Virus record (IMG/VR): IMGVR_UViG_3300025099_000126
Location: 1-25,322 of that record
Strand: one strand, 5' to 3'
DNA length: 25,322 nucleotides
From: a virus
Taxonomy: Duplodnaviria > Caudoviricetes
Part shown: piece by piece, positions 17,080-25,322 of the stretch
Layout: each line of letters starts with the position of its first letter
Numbering within the stretch: position 1 is the stretch's first letter
The notes under the pieces: model-generated
What the model saw: only the letters and a program-made list of their open reading frames with translations
Told to the model about the DNA's origin: nothing
Database searches by the model: none
Position numbers and translations under genes: made by a program

Positions 17080-18669
17080 ATGGCAAAACAAAATCAAGCA
17101 GGTTACCCAGTAACAGTAATAAAACCTTTTGACGAAAGAGAAATACAATCTATAGCATCGCCTTTTGTTGCTTTAGGAAACGCATGGAAACAAGGTCAAG
17201 ATGCTCTTACTAAAAAACAAAAAGCTATACGCAACAGAGAGGCTACAATGTATGAGACTGCTTACAAAAGTTTAGGTAAAATAGAAAGCGTTGACTATGC
17301 TACTTTTGACGATAATATGAGAAGTTTTTTTGATGGCAAGGTGGATGACTATGTTAAAATAAAAAACAACATTGATTCTGGTCTTATAAACCCTCAAGAA
17401 GGAGCTAGATCATTAGCTTACATATCTAACATGATAGATGAATACAAAACGTTAGCGCCAAAAGTTTTAGCACAAGCTAAATATATGATGGATAACGGCG
17501 CTGGTGGTAACAACTTATTATCAAAGTTAAATGACCCTAATTTAGAAATATTATTTTCAAAATTACTAGAAGGATCTGGAGAGGTTACCTTAGCAGAAGA
17601 TAACAAAGGTAAAATGTACTTAAAAGGTTCTGGTAAGTTAGATGGAGAAGATTGGAACTATGATTTAAACTTAAGTGAGTTTGCAAAATTAGACGGCAAA
17701 GGAGATAGCTTAGCAATAACAACAGTTGATTTAGATGATTTAGGTTTGACTGATGTAGCTAAAGCAGCTTTAGAAGCCTCAACTTATGAAGAACAAAAAG
17801 AAAATGGAACTTCTATAGCTTACACTAATGTTGATCAAGTTAAAAGAGTATTAAGCGGCCCTATGAACAATGCTATTATAGATATAACTAAAGGTGAAGA
17901 CTTTGCTAGTGTGTGGGCTGATCAAATATATAAAGACAAAACAGTAGATGAATTAAAAGAAGAAAATTTACTATGGGATGCTGCTGATCCAGTTAAAATG
18001 AAAACAGCTATTGATTGGCTGATAGATAAAGCTATAGATATAAACGTTCCTATACAACAGCAAATTCAGTTTGAAGGAAGAGGTGAAGATGGTTCTTTTG
18101 ATCCTACTAGTAAAATGATAGGTGTAGATGAAAACTCTACTTTTAATGTAAAACCTAAAATAAAAATTGAAGAAGAAGTTACTGACACGCAAGCTGTAGA
18201 TACAGTTCGTATTTACGCAACTGATCCTATTGGTTCAATGGATTCTACTTCTGTTGACGGAGACGTTGTTTCTACAACTCAAAAAGGAAACATGATAACT
18301 GTTACAACTACAAAAGAAGGTTTTGAGCCTAATGAAAAAACATATAATCTTAGAAAAGAAAAAGATTTTATTGCATATTTTCAAAAAATAAGAGAAAGAA
18401 ACAAAAGGTTTGAAGGCACGGCTCAAGATTCACAAAAAAGAAAAGAAGACTTTTTACAAGAATTAAAAATGGAATTTATTAAACAAGAAAATCAAATAAA
18501 AGATGCGGGTGCTAGAAACGAAATAAGTGATACATACACGCTTGAAGATTTTAAAAATTCAAAAGACACAAGCAACATGAGCTTAGACGAAATAATAAGC
18601 GCGTATAAAAAAGAAGTAGACAAAAGAGTAAAGCAACTTCAAGAAGCTGCTGACTATAAAGTTAAATAA
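17080..18669 (+). CDS. Probable second ejection protein (529 aa; start revised to ATG 17080)
   Basis: ATG at 17080 follows the A-rich leader TAATAATAATAAAAAAAATATA and avoids overlap with the previous gene. Acidic helical protein between the small and giant putative ejection genes. Confidence 0.5.
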   Translation: MAKQNQAGYPVTVIKPFDEREIQSIASPFVALGNAWKQGQDALTKKQKAIRNREATMYETAYKSLGKIESVDYATFDDNMRSFFDGKVDDYVKIKNNIDSGLINPQEGARSLAYISNMIDEYKTLAPKVLAQAKYMMDNGAGGNNLLSKLNDPNLEILFSKLLEGSGEVTLAEDNKGKMYLKGSGKLDGEDWNYDLNLSEFAKLDGKGDSLAITTVDLDDLGLTDVAKAALEASTYEEQKENGTSIAYTNVDQVKRVLSGPMNNAIIDITKGEDFASVWADQIYKDKTVDELKEENLLWDAADPVKMKTAIDWLIDKAIDINVPIQQQIQFEGRGEDGSFDPTSKMIGVDENSTFNVKPKIKIEEEVTDTQAVDTVRIYATDPIGSMDSTSVDGDVVSTTQKGNMITVTTTKEGFEPNEKTYNLRKEKDFIAYFQKIRERNKRFEGTAQDSQKRKEDFLQELKMEFIKQENQIKDAGARNEISDTYTLEDFKNSKDTSNMSLDEIISAYKKEVDKRVKQLQEAADYKVK

Positions 18670-18676
18670 TATACAT

Positions 18677-21600
18677 ATGAATCAACCAGAATTTTATACA
18701 GCAATTGGTTTTGACGAACCGGTTGATATAAATGAATTAAGTGAAGAAAATAGAAAGTTCTTTTTTGAACAGTTCTCACCTAAACCAGTAAAGAAAAACG
18801 ATCCTGCTGTAAATGCGGAGACCAATGTGGGATCGACAAACAATACGGTCTCACAATCGGTGGATGGTTCTTTGGAATTACAAGAAGCTAAAAAATTAAT
18901 AAAAGAAGATTTATTTAGTAAAGAAAAAAAAGAAAAGCTAACTTTAGAGGCTGACGAGGCGTATAACGCGTTAGAGCAAGATATTTCTAATCAAACCACT
19001 AGAAGAGAGGAGGCTAATCAAGCGACAGAGTTTATGTTTTCAAATATGAGTATGTTTGATAAGTCTTCTTTTAAAGGTCCTTTTAGTGATGAAGACAATA
19101 AAAATGTTTCTAAAGATACTCAAAAAAACACTATATTAAATGACGCGTATTATTATTCTTTAAGTCTTATGGATAAACTTGCGCTTGGTGGTAGAAATAC
19201 AGATGCTGATGGATCAGAAAGAGCACCTTTAACTGAAAAAGATATAGAACAACAAAATAGCAATATTATTGAAGGTAAGAAATTACTAAAAGACAGTAGA
19301 GAGGTTAAAAATTTTAATTTACTTAAAAAAAATAGAGAACAAGTAGCTATAGACGCGTTACAGTCGCAAAACAATAAAAACATTTCTGACGAACAAGTGT
19401 TAGATTATGTAGATAAAAACAAAGAAGACGAAAATTTTAAAACAAGTGTTAAAGATTTTTTTGTAAAAGGCTATATAAAAGAAAGGCAAAAAGAAGCCAT
19501 AATAGAACGTAATAAAAAAGAATCTGGCTGGGATGGTTTTACAGAAGGTGAAAATCAAAATAGATTAGAAGAAGCCGCTGCTTTAGTTTCTAGTAGTTTA
19601 GACGAAGAAGCTCAAAGTAACATAGCCACATCTGTAAACATAGATTCTAAAATACAAAAAATTGAGCAATCACTAAAGTCTTTGCAAACTTTAAGGCCAA
19701 AAAATCAAGAAGAAGCTGATTTAATAATAGAGCAAGCGGGTTTATTTATAAAAGAAAGACAAGGACTAGTTAATGCTTATGGTGAATTAGTTAATAAGCA
19801 AATAGAAATAGGTACTGAAGCAAAAGACATTAGAGGTTACTTAGACACTGTTAGTCGTAACCAAGGTTGGTTAGTAAACCCTATTGGTGCTTTAGTAGGC
19901 GGTGTATATGATTTTGTTAATAACGTTGACGAATTTGTAGATAGACTTAGTTATACTCCTTTTGAAATGGCTGCTGATTTAATTAAAGTTAAAACAGATG
20001 AAAATTCTTGGCTTCACAAAGGTGTATTAGCTATGGAAGGATTAGAAAAAACTAATTTTGGTGTTGATACAGCTATAAAAAACATGAGAAACGGTTTAGC
20101 AGAACCTATAAGTGTTACTGACATAAACAATTGGAGTGACATGTGGCAGTGGAGTTCTTATTTAGTAGGATCTCAAGCAACAAACACAGCTGTCATGTTA
20201 ACAACAGGTGGTTGGGCATTACCATTGTTAGGCGCAAGCTCAGCAGGTGCTTCGTTTAACAGTATGCAAGAAGAAATAGACTTGTATGGAGCTGAATACA
20301 CGCCTCTTCAAATGTATACAGTTGCTTTAGGTAGTGGTTTAGCAGAAGCTTTAAGCGAAAGAATAACTTTAGGTCAATTAAATAGAATAAAAAGAGGTTT
20401 AGCGGCTAGTAAAAAGTCTTTAAAACAAGGTACTTTTGATTACATTAAAAGCTTGTCTACAAGTAAAGGTAGAAAAAATGCTGCTTTAGGAGCTTTTGTA
20501 TATGGTAAAGAAACTTTTGAAGAAGGTTTTACTGAATCTGTAGCTGGTTTTTCACAAAGAGCTTTAGAAAGATATGTGTTAGGTAAAGATGTTGACCTGT
20601 TTGAAGGTATGTTAGACGAGTTTGTGTCTGGAGCATTTATGAGTGGTTTTGTTTATAAAGCACCAGGTTTAGGTATTAAAATGTATAGAGCGTTTCAACC
20701 ACCTGATTCTAACGAAGCAATAGGTAAGATTCAGACAAGAATGGACGAAATAGGTAACATACTTATGAACAATCCTTCTATGGATATTCGTGTTAGAAAA
20801 AAATTAGAAGACGAATTACAAGAAGGTGCTACTAAAGTTCAGCAGATAATGTCTAGGGATTTTAAAAACATGGACAAAATGACTCAGCAAGAGCAGAGTG
20901 ATTTAATGAAAAAAGAAGATCAAATATATAAGTTGAGACAACTGTATGACGCTACTCTTAATGATAATACTATAAACGAAAAAGATAAAACAGATATATT
21001 AAATAGTTTAAATGCTGAGTTTAAATCTATAAGAAACGACAAGGTAAAAATATTATCTGAAGTTAATGTAAGAGAAGAAATAGCTTTAGCTCAAAAGCTA
21101 GGCAAGGAAACAGGTAGAACAGATTTTGGTGACAACGCGGTTGGAACAGGTCAAGCTGTAGAAGTTGTAGAAGATGACGCTGCTTTTATGGAAATGACTA
21201 AGATAAAAGAAACAGGTGTTGAAGGTACTGAGTTAGATAATGGTCAAATAGTTCTTAACAAAGCTCAAATGCTTGCCTCTGCTATGCGTAACGATGGTAA
21301 TATAGGTACTGGTATACATGAGGTTTTACATAAAGTATTAAAATCTGAATTTAGTAGTAAAGATCCAGCAAAAGCTAAAAAATTAAAAGACCAATTTTTA
21401 AAAGTACTAAAATCTGAAAATAAATCAATACATGATTTAGTTATAGCTAGAGCTGATGCAAATTACAGTCCAGATTATTTAGAAAAAAATCCTGATGAAT
21501 ACATTACAATATTCGCTAGTGTATTAAAAGAAAACAATATAGAGTACAGCCAAGCGACAGATAGTGTGTTTAAAAAATTAGCTAACTTTGTTGGTGGCTT

Positions 21601-24600
21601 ATTTAGTAGTAAATTAGATGTTGATCCAAACGACTTTAAATTTAAAGACGGTAAAGATTTATATAACTTTGTTCAAACATATGTTAAAAACACTTCTGAG
21701 GGTAAAATATCTGACAGAGCTAAAAAGCTAGCAGATGCAGGTAAAGATATTACAACTGATATTAAACTTTCTAAAAATGCTTCTGACACTGTTCAAGAAA
21801 TATTTGAAACTAAAGGTAAAGATGGTGCTTTTGAAATAATAGAACAATACAGAGGTATGGCTAATAAGTTGGCTAATAAATACCAAAACGTACCAGGCTT
21901 TGAAAGACAACTACTTGTTGACGAAATACTAACAGGTAAACGTGGTGTTATAGATATGATAAACGAATATAAAGCAGACACTAATGTTCCTTTAGCCGCT
22001 TATATAAATAAATTTTTATCATCAAGATCTATAGAAGCTGCTAATAGAGTTTTAAAACAAGAGTTTGAAACTGATGTCACAGAGGCTAAAGCAGTTGTAG
22101 CTAAAGAAGCTTCTACAGAAGTTGAAGCAGAAACAAAAGCTAAACCAAAGCCTAGGTTAAGAAAAGATTTAAAGTTACAAGATGATGTTATAGACAAAAT
22201 TAAAAACGCTGTAATCAAAACTTTTGGAACTAAACTACCTAGTGTTAAATCACCTCAGTTTAAAAAAGAACTAGAAAAACAATTTAAAACAGAACTAAAA
22301 CCTGTTATAGCTAAATTGATGGGTAGAACTGATAGTTACGAAACTTTTTTAAGAGATAATTTTGAAGCTATATATAAAGCATTGCCTCAAGAAATAATAA
22401 ACAAAAGATTTAGAGACTTTGCAGATCCTGTAATGAAAGACGGTAAACAGGTAAGAGAAAAGACAGCGCAAGGTAATGCTGTTTTTACTAAGAAAAAAAT
22501 TACTAAAGCTGAATTTATAAAATACTTTTTAGGTTCTGATGTAGGTAGATCAACTCAAGGAACTAGAAAAACTGCATTAGCAGAAGCATTAGCTCAAGAG
22601 TTAGCCTTAGACGCTACTATGGAAGTCATACAAAACCCAGGTGTGTTAGAAAAAGCTATAGCTATATCTAACCTAGTAGATGGTGACTTTACTATAGAAG
22701 GAGTTTCTTTAAGTATAAAAAGACCTAAAGGCGTTAAGTTCTCTAAAGTTGAATTAAACGACTTTAATGACGATGTGGCTGATCAATTAACTTTAACCAA
22801 CGCTTTTCAAAGTGGTCCTTTTAACACTGTTAAGCTACAACAGTACAATAGTCAAGCACTTAATTATAAAAAATTATTAAAAGATCTAAATGTTGAAGGT
22901 TTTGATATGAAAACTGCCAAAGGTAGAAAACAGTTTTTAGATTATGCTTATACTCGCAATATGATAACTAAATTTCCTAAAGCTTTCTGGAGAAGTATGC
23001 AAGGAACAACTGATGACGCTGTTTTAGATCCAAATATTCGTTCTAAATCTGAATCACAGTCCGATACTGGTTACCAAATTTCTATGCAAGAATTAGACGA
23101 AGCTGGAAATATAGTGTCAATTGGTTATGATGTAGATACGTTTGACAGTAGTACTTTAAGAGATTTTGCTGGTAACTTACCTTTTAGAAGTGTAACAGAA
23201 GCAGACGCTTGGATAGATCAAATTGAAAATGGAGAATATGAAATAGACGGTGTAATACAACCTGCTGTTAAGTTTGCAAACGAAAATTCTATTAGTCCTA
23301 ATATGATGGCTGCTTTGTCAAGCACAAAGTACACCAACATGAAAGAAAATGGCAAACAAAGTTTTAACAAAATAAAAACTAGTAAGTTTCAAGCTGAGCA
23401 AGACAAATCAATAGATGGGTTAAAAGAAATATTTTTAATATTTGAGCAAGCTATTAAAGATGATAAAAACGCGGCTGCTTTTGTTGCGGCTATATTATCT
23501 TCTACAGCTTCTAATCAAGGTCATTTCATGAGAACATCTGCGCCTATTAGATTTTTTACAACTAATTTGCAAGCTGGGCCAAAAGGAATAAAATTTGTAG
23601 AAGAACACAGCTTACCAGCCTCAAGTGTTGCTAAGTATTTATTTGCATTAGCTATAAACGGAACAGTAGAATCTAAATTTGACGGCGTTAAAAACAATTA
23701 TTATCAAGGCGCGATAAATAGCATAGATGATAAGAAATTAAAAGGAACAATGTTAAATGGTGAAAAGTTTAACTATGGTTCTGTAATGCCTTTAGGTTGG
23801 ACTATAAACGACCAAACATGGGCTAGATACTTTAATATTAACGTAGGTAATACAAGAGGAGGTATTGATCCTGCTAAAATAATATGGAACGACGGTAAAA
23901 GTATTGCTGAAAAAACAGGCGTTAATTCATATGGCTTTATAGCTAAAGGAGAAACTAAAATTACCGAAAAAGAAGCAAAAACTCAAAACGGAAAGCTGTC
24001 TAGAAATATACCAGTCGATGCTTCTATTAGTAAACAAGTTGAAATAATGTCTAACATGGATAAAACCATGAAGCTTGCTAGAAACATTAATACACCTGAA
24101 AAGGGTATCAGTGTGTTTGACTTTGACGATACTTTAGCTAGAACAAGCAGCAAAATTATAGTAACCATGCCTAACGGTAAGGTTATGAAAATTAACGCTA
24201 CTGAGTTTGCTAAAAGAGACGCAGAGCTTACAGCGAAAGGAGCTAAGTATAATTTTAGCGAATTTAATAAAGTTATTAATGGCAAAAAAGGACCACTTGC
24301 TGATTTAGCATTAAAACGTCAAGGTAAGTTTGGTAGTAAAGATATATTTGTATTAACAGCTAGACCACAAATAGCAGCTGATGCAATTAAAAAGTTTTTA
24401 GACGGTATAGGATTAAGTCTACCTTTAGAAAACATTACAGGTTTAGAAAACGGAACACCACAAGCAAAAGCTGATTGGGTTTTATCTAAAACAGCTCTAG
24501 GTTATAATAATTTTTATTTTGCTGACGACGCAATTAAAAATGTTAAAGCAGTTAAACAAATACTAGATCAAGTTGATGTTAAGTCAAAAGTTCAAATAGC

Positions 24601-25322
24601 TAAATTTAGTAAAGCATCAAACCTCAATAAACAGTTTAACGACATTATAGAAGACGCAACAGGTATTGCTAATTACAAAAACTTTTCAACAGCAAGAGCA
24701 AGAACTTTAGGTAGAGGTAAAAGTGCGGGTTGGTTTATACCTCCTCAAGCTGAGGACTTTGTAGGTTTATTGTATCCTTTATTAGGTAAAGGCAAAACTG
24801 GTGACGCAGGTATGAAGTTTTTTAAAGAAAACTTACTAGATCCTTTTAATAAAGCTGAAAATGCTTTAACACAGGCTAAAATATCTGTAGCTAATGATTT
24901 TAGAGCTCTTAAAAAACAATTTAAAACTATACCTAAAACTCTCAAAAAAGAGGCTATGGATGGTTTTACATATGGAGACGCTGTAAGAACTTATATATGG
25001 TCTCAACAAGGTATGGAGATACCTGGTTTATCAAAAAGAGATGGTGTTGAATTAATTTCGTTTATAGAAAACGACATAGAGCTAAAACAGTTTGCTCAAG
25101 GTTTACAAATGATACAAAAAGATAGAATGTATCCTGAACCTGATGAGTCTTGGTTGTCTGGAACTATTACAACTGACATAATAGGAGGTATAAACAATGT
25201 TGTAAGAAAAGATTATTTACAAGAGTGGGAACAAAATATAGATATTATATTTTCACCTGAAAATCTAAATAAATTAGAAGCTGCTTACGGTCAAAACTAT
25301 AGAGAAGCTTTAGAAAATATTA
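18677..25322 (+). CDS. Giant multi-domain (polyvalent) virion/ejection protein, 3'-partial, at least 2215 codons
   Basis: ATG at 18677 (MNQPEFYTAIG...). Segments I translated are all in one frame and no terminated + ORF is listed here, so it appears to run off the window. Contains Gly/Ala hydrophobic helices (~20180-20680), HEVLH (21317-21331), a sigma-like segment (~21833-22055), EEHSLP (23600-23617) and HAD motifs DFDDT/LTAR/K/FADD (24119-24529). Confidence 0.85.
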   Translation, partial: MNQPEFYTAIGFDEPVDINELSEENRKFFFEQFSPKPVKKNDPAVNAETNVGSTNNTVSQSVDGSLELQEAKKLIKEDLFSKEKKEKLTLEADEAYNALEQDISNQTTRREEANQATEFMFSNMSMFDKSSFKGPFSDEDNKNVSKDTQKNTILNDAYYYSLSLMDKLALGGRNTDADGSERAPLTEKDIEQQNSNIIEGKKLLKDSREVKNFNLLKKNREQVAIDALQSQNNKNISDEQVLDYVDKNKEDENFKTSVKDFFVKGYIKERQKEAIIERNKKESGWDGFTEGENQNRLEEAAALVSSSLDEEAQSNIATSVNIDSKIQKIEQSLKSLQTLRPKNQEEADLIIEQAGLFIKERQGLVNAYGELVNKQIEIGTEAKDIRGYLDTVSRNQGWLVNPIGALVGGVYDFVNNVDEFVDRLSYTPFEMAADLIKVKTDENSWLHKGVLAMEGLEKTNFGVDTAIKNMRNGLAEPISVTDINNWSDMWQWSSYLVGSQATNTAVMLTTGGWALPLLGASSAGASFNSMQEEIDLYGAEYTPLQMYTVALGSGLAEALSERITLGQLNRIKRGLAASKKSLKQGTFDYIKSLSTSKGRKNAALGAFVYGKETFEEGFTESVAGFSQRALERYVLGKDVDLFEGMLDEFVSGAFMSGFVYKAPGLGIKMYRAFQPPDSNEAIGKIQTRMDEIGNILMNNPSMDIRVRKKLEDELQEGATKVQQIMSRDFKNMDKMTQQEQSDLMKKEDQIYKLRQLYDATLNDNTINEKDKTDILNSLNAEFKSIRNDKVKILSEVNVREEIALAQKLGKETGRTDFGDNAVGTGQAVEVVEDDAAFMEMTKIKETGVEGTELDNGQIVLNKAQMLASAMRNDGNIGTGIHEVLHKVLKSEFSSKDPAKAKKLKDQFLKVLKSENKSIHDLVIARADANYSPDYLEKNPDEYITIFASVLKENNIEYSQATDSVFKKLANFVGGLFSSKLDVDPNDFKFKDGKDLYNFVQTYVKNTSEGKISDRAKKLADAGKDITTDIKLSKNASDTVQEIFETKGKDGAFEIIEQYRGMANKLANKYQNVPGFERQLLVDEILTGKRGVIDMINEYKADTNVPLAAYINKFLSSRSIEAANRVLKQEFETDVTEAKAVVAKEASTEVEAETKAKPKPRLRKDLKLQDDVIDKIKNAVIKTFGTKLPSVKSPQFKKELEKQFKTELKPVIAKLMGRTDSYETFLRDNFEAIYKALPQEIINKRFRDFADPVMKDGKQVREKTAQGNAVFTKKKITKAEFIKYFLGSDVGRSTQGTRKTALAEALAQELALDATMEVIQNPGVLEKAIAISNLVDGDFTIEGVSLSIKRPKGVKFSKVELNDFNDDVADQLTLTNAFQSGPFNTVKLQQYNSQALNYKKLLKDLNVEGFDMKTAKGRKQFLDYAYTRNMITKFPKAFWRSMQGTTDDAVLDPNIRSKSESQSDTGYQISMQELDEAGNIVSIGYDVDTFDSSTLRDFAGNLPFRSVTEADAWIDQIENGEYEIDGVIQPAVKFANENSISPNMMAALSSTKYTNMKENGKQSFNKIKTSKFQAEQDKSIDGLKEIFLIFEQAIKDDKNAAAFVAAILSSTASNQGHFMRTSAPIRFFTTNLQAGPKGIKFVEEHSLPASSVAKYLFALAINGTVESKFDGVKNNYYQGAINSIDDKKLKGTMLNGEKFNYGSVMPLGWTINDQTWARYFNINVGNTRGGIDPAKIIWNDGKSIAEKTGVNSYGFIAKGETKITEKEAKTQNGKLSRNIPVDASISKQVEIMSNMDKTMKLARNINTPEKGISVFDFDDTLARTSSKIIVTMPNGKVMKINATEFAKRDAELTAKGAKYNFSEFNKVINGKKGPLADLALKRQGKFGSKDIFVLTARPQIAADAIKKFLDGIGLSLPLENITGLENGTPQAKADWVLSKTALGYNNFYFADDAIKNVKAVKQILDQVDVKSKVQIAKFSKASNLNKQFNDIIEDATGIANYKNFSTARARTLGRGKSAGWFIPPQAEDFVGLLYPLLGKGKTGDAGMKFFKENLLDPFNKAENALTQAKISVANDFRALKKQFKTIPKTLKKEAMDGFTYGDAVRTYIWSQQGMEIPGLSKRDGVELISFIENDIELKQFAQGLQMIQKDRMYPEPDESWLSGTITTDIIGGINNVVRKDYLQEWEQNIDIIFSPENLNKLEAAYGQNYREALENI
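18784..18891 (+). other. Candidate programmed -1 frameshift cassette giving a Cys-rich alternative C-terminus (..EKRSCCKCGDQCGIDKQYGLTIGGWFFGITRS*)
   Basis: The -1 frame is open between TAA 18781-18783 and TAA 18889-18891 with no start codon. A_AAG at 18790-18793 (G_AAA_AAC at 18793-18799), then an 8-bp stem GATCCTGC/GTGGGATC (18800-18834, two G-U pairs). Local GC elevation. Confidence 0.5.

Noticed and set aside
2-18669. Stop-codon reassignment (TAG/TGA), known in some crAss-like phages
   Set aside because: All 12 main genes that terminate in the window end in TAA and translate full-length in the standard code. Reading through TAG 873 adds only a few codons before TAA 885.
24119-24133. DFDDT as an RNA polymerase DFDGD-like catalytic motif
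   Set aside because: It is DxDxT after a hydrophobic strand and is followed by HAD motifs II-IV, so HAD fits better.
2075-24945. Remaining short minus-strand ORFs in the track
   Set aside because: Antisense shadows of long + strand genes with no independent support.
1-25322. tRNAs, CRISPR arrays, introns/inteins, DGR repeats, IS elements
   Set aside because: Intergenic gaps are all under 80 nt, core genes are uninterrupted, and I saw no such repeats or motifs by eye.

Overview
This window is the co-directional (+ strand) virion and packaging module of an AT-rich podovirus-type phage with a crAss-like (Crassvirales-related) gene order, probably infecting Bacteroidota (A/T-rich leaders, no Shine-Dalgarno motifs). 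Gene order: terminase large subunit (5'-truncated), portal, acidic scaffold-like protein, major capsid protein, a conserved protein, two ring/adaptor proteins, a tail stabilisation/muzzle protein split over two genes, a GNAT-like protein, two probable ejection proteins, and a giant >2,200-aa multi-domain protein missing from the ORF track because it runs off the window. The giant protein carries a zincin HExxH, a sigma70-region-2-like segment, an EHxxP module and a HAD phosphatase. The most unusual signal is a second coding layer inside core genes, marked by local GC/codon shifts: two +1-frame ORFs nested in terL (one with a signal/lipoprotein-like N-terminus), a 42-aa MPFKSEKQ ORF nested in the scaffold gene, and a start-less Cys-rich -1-frame peptide behind an A_AAG site and hairpin at the start of the giant gene (candidate programmed frameshift). 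All functional calls come from motif recognition and synteny; no database searches were run.
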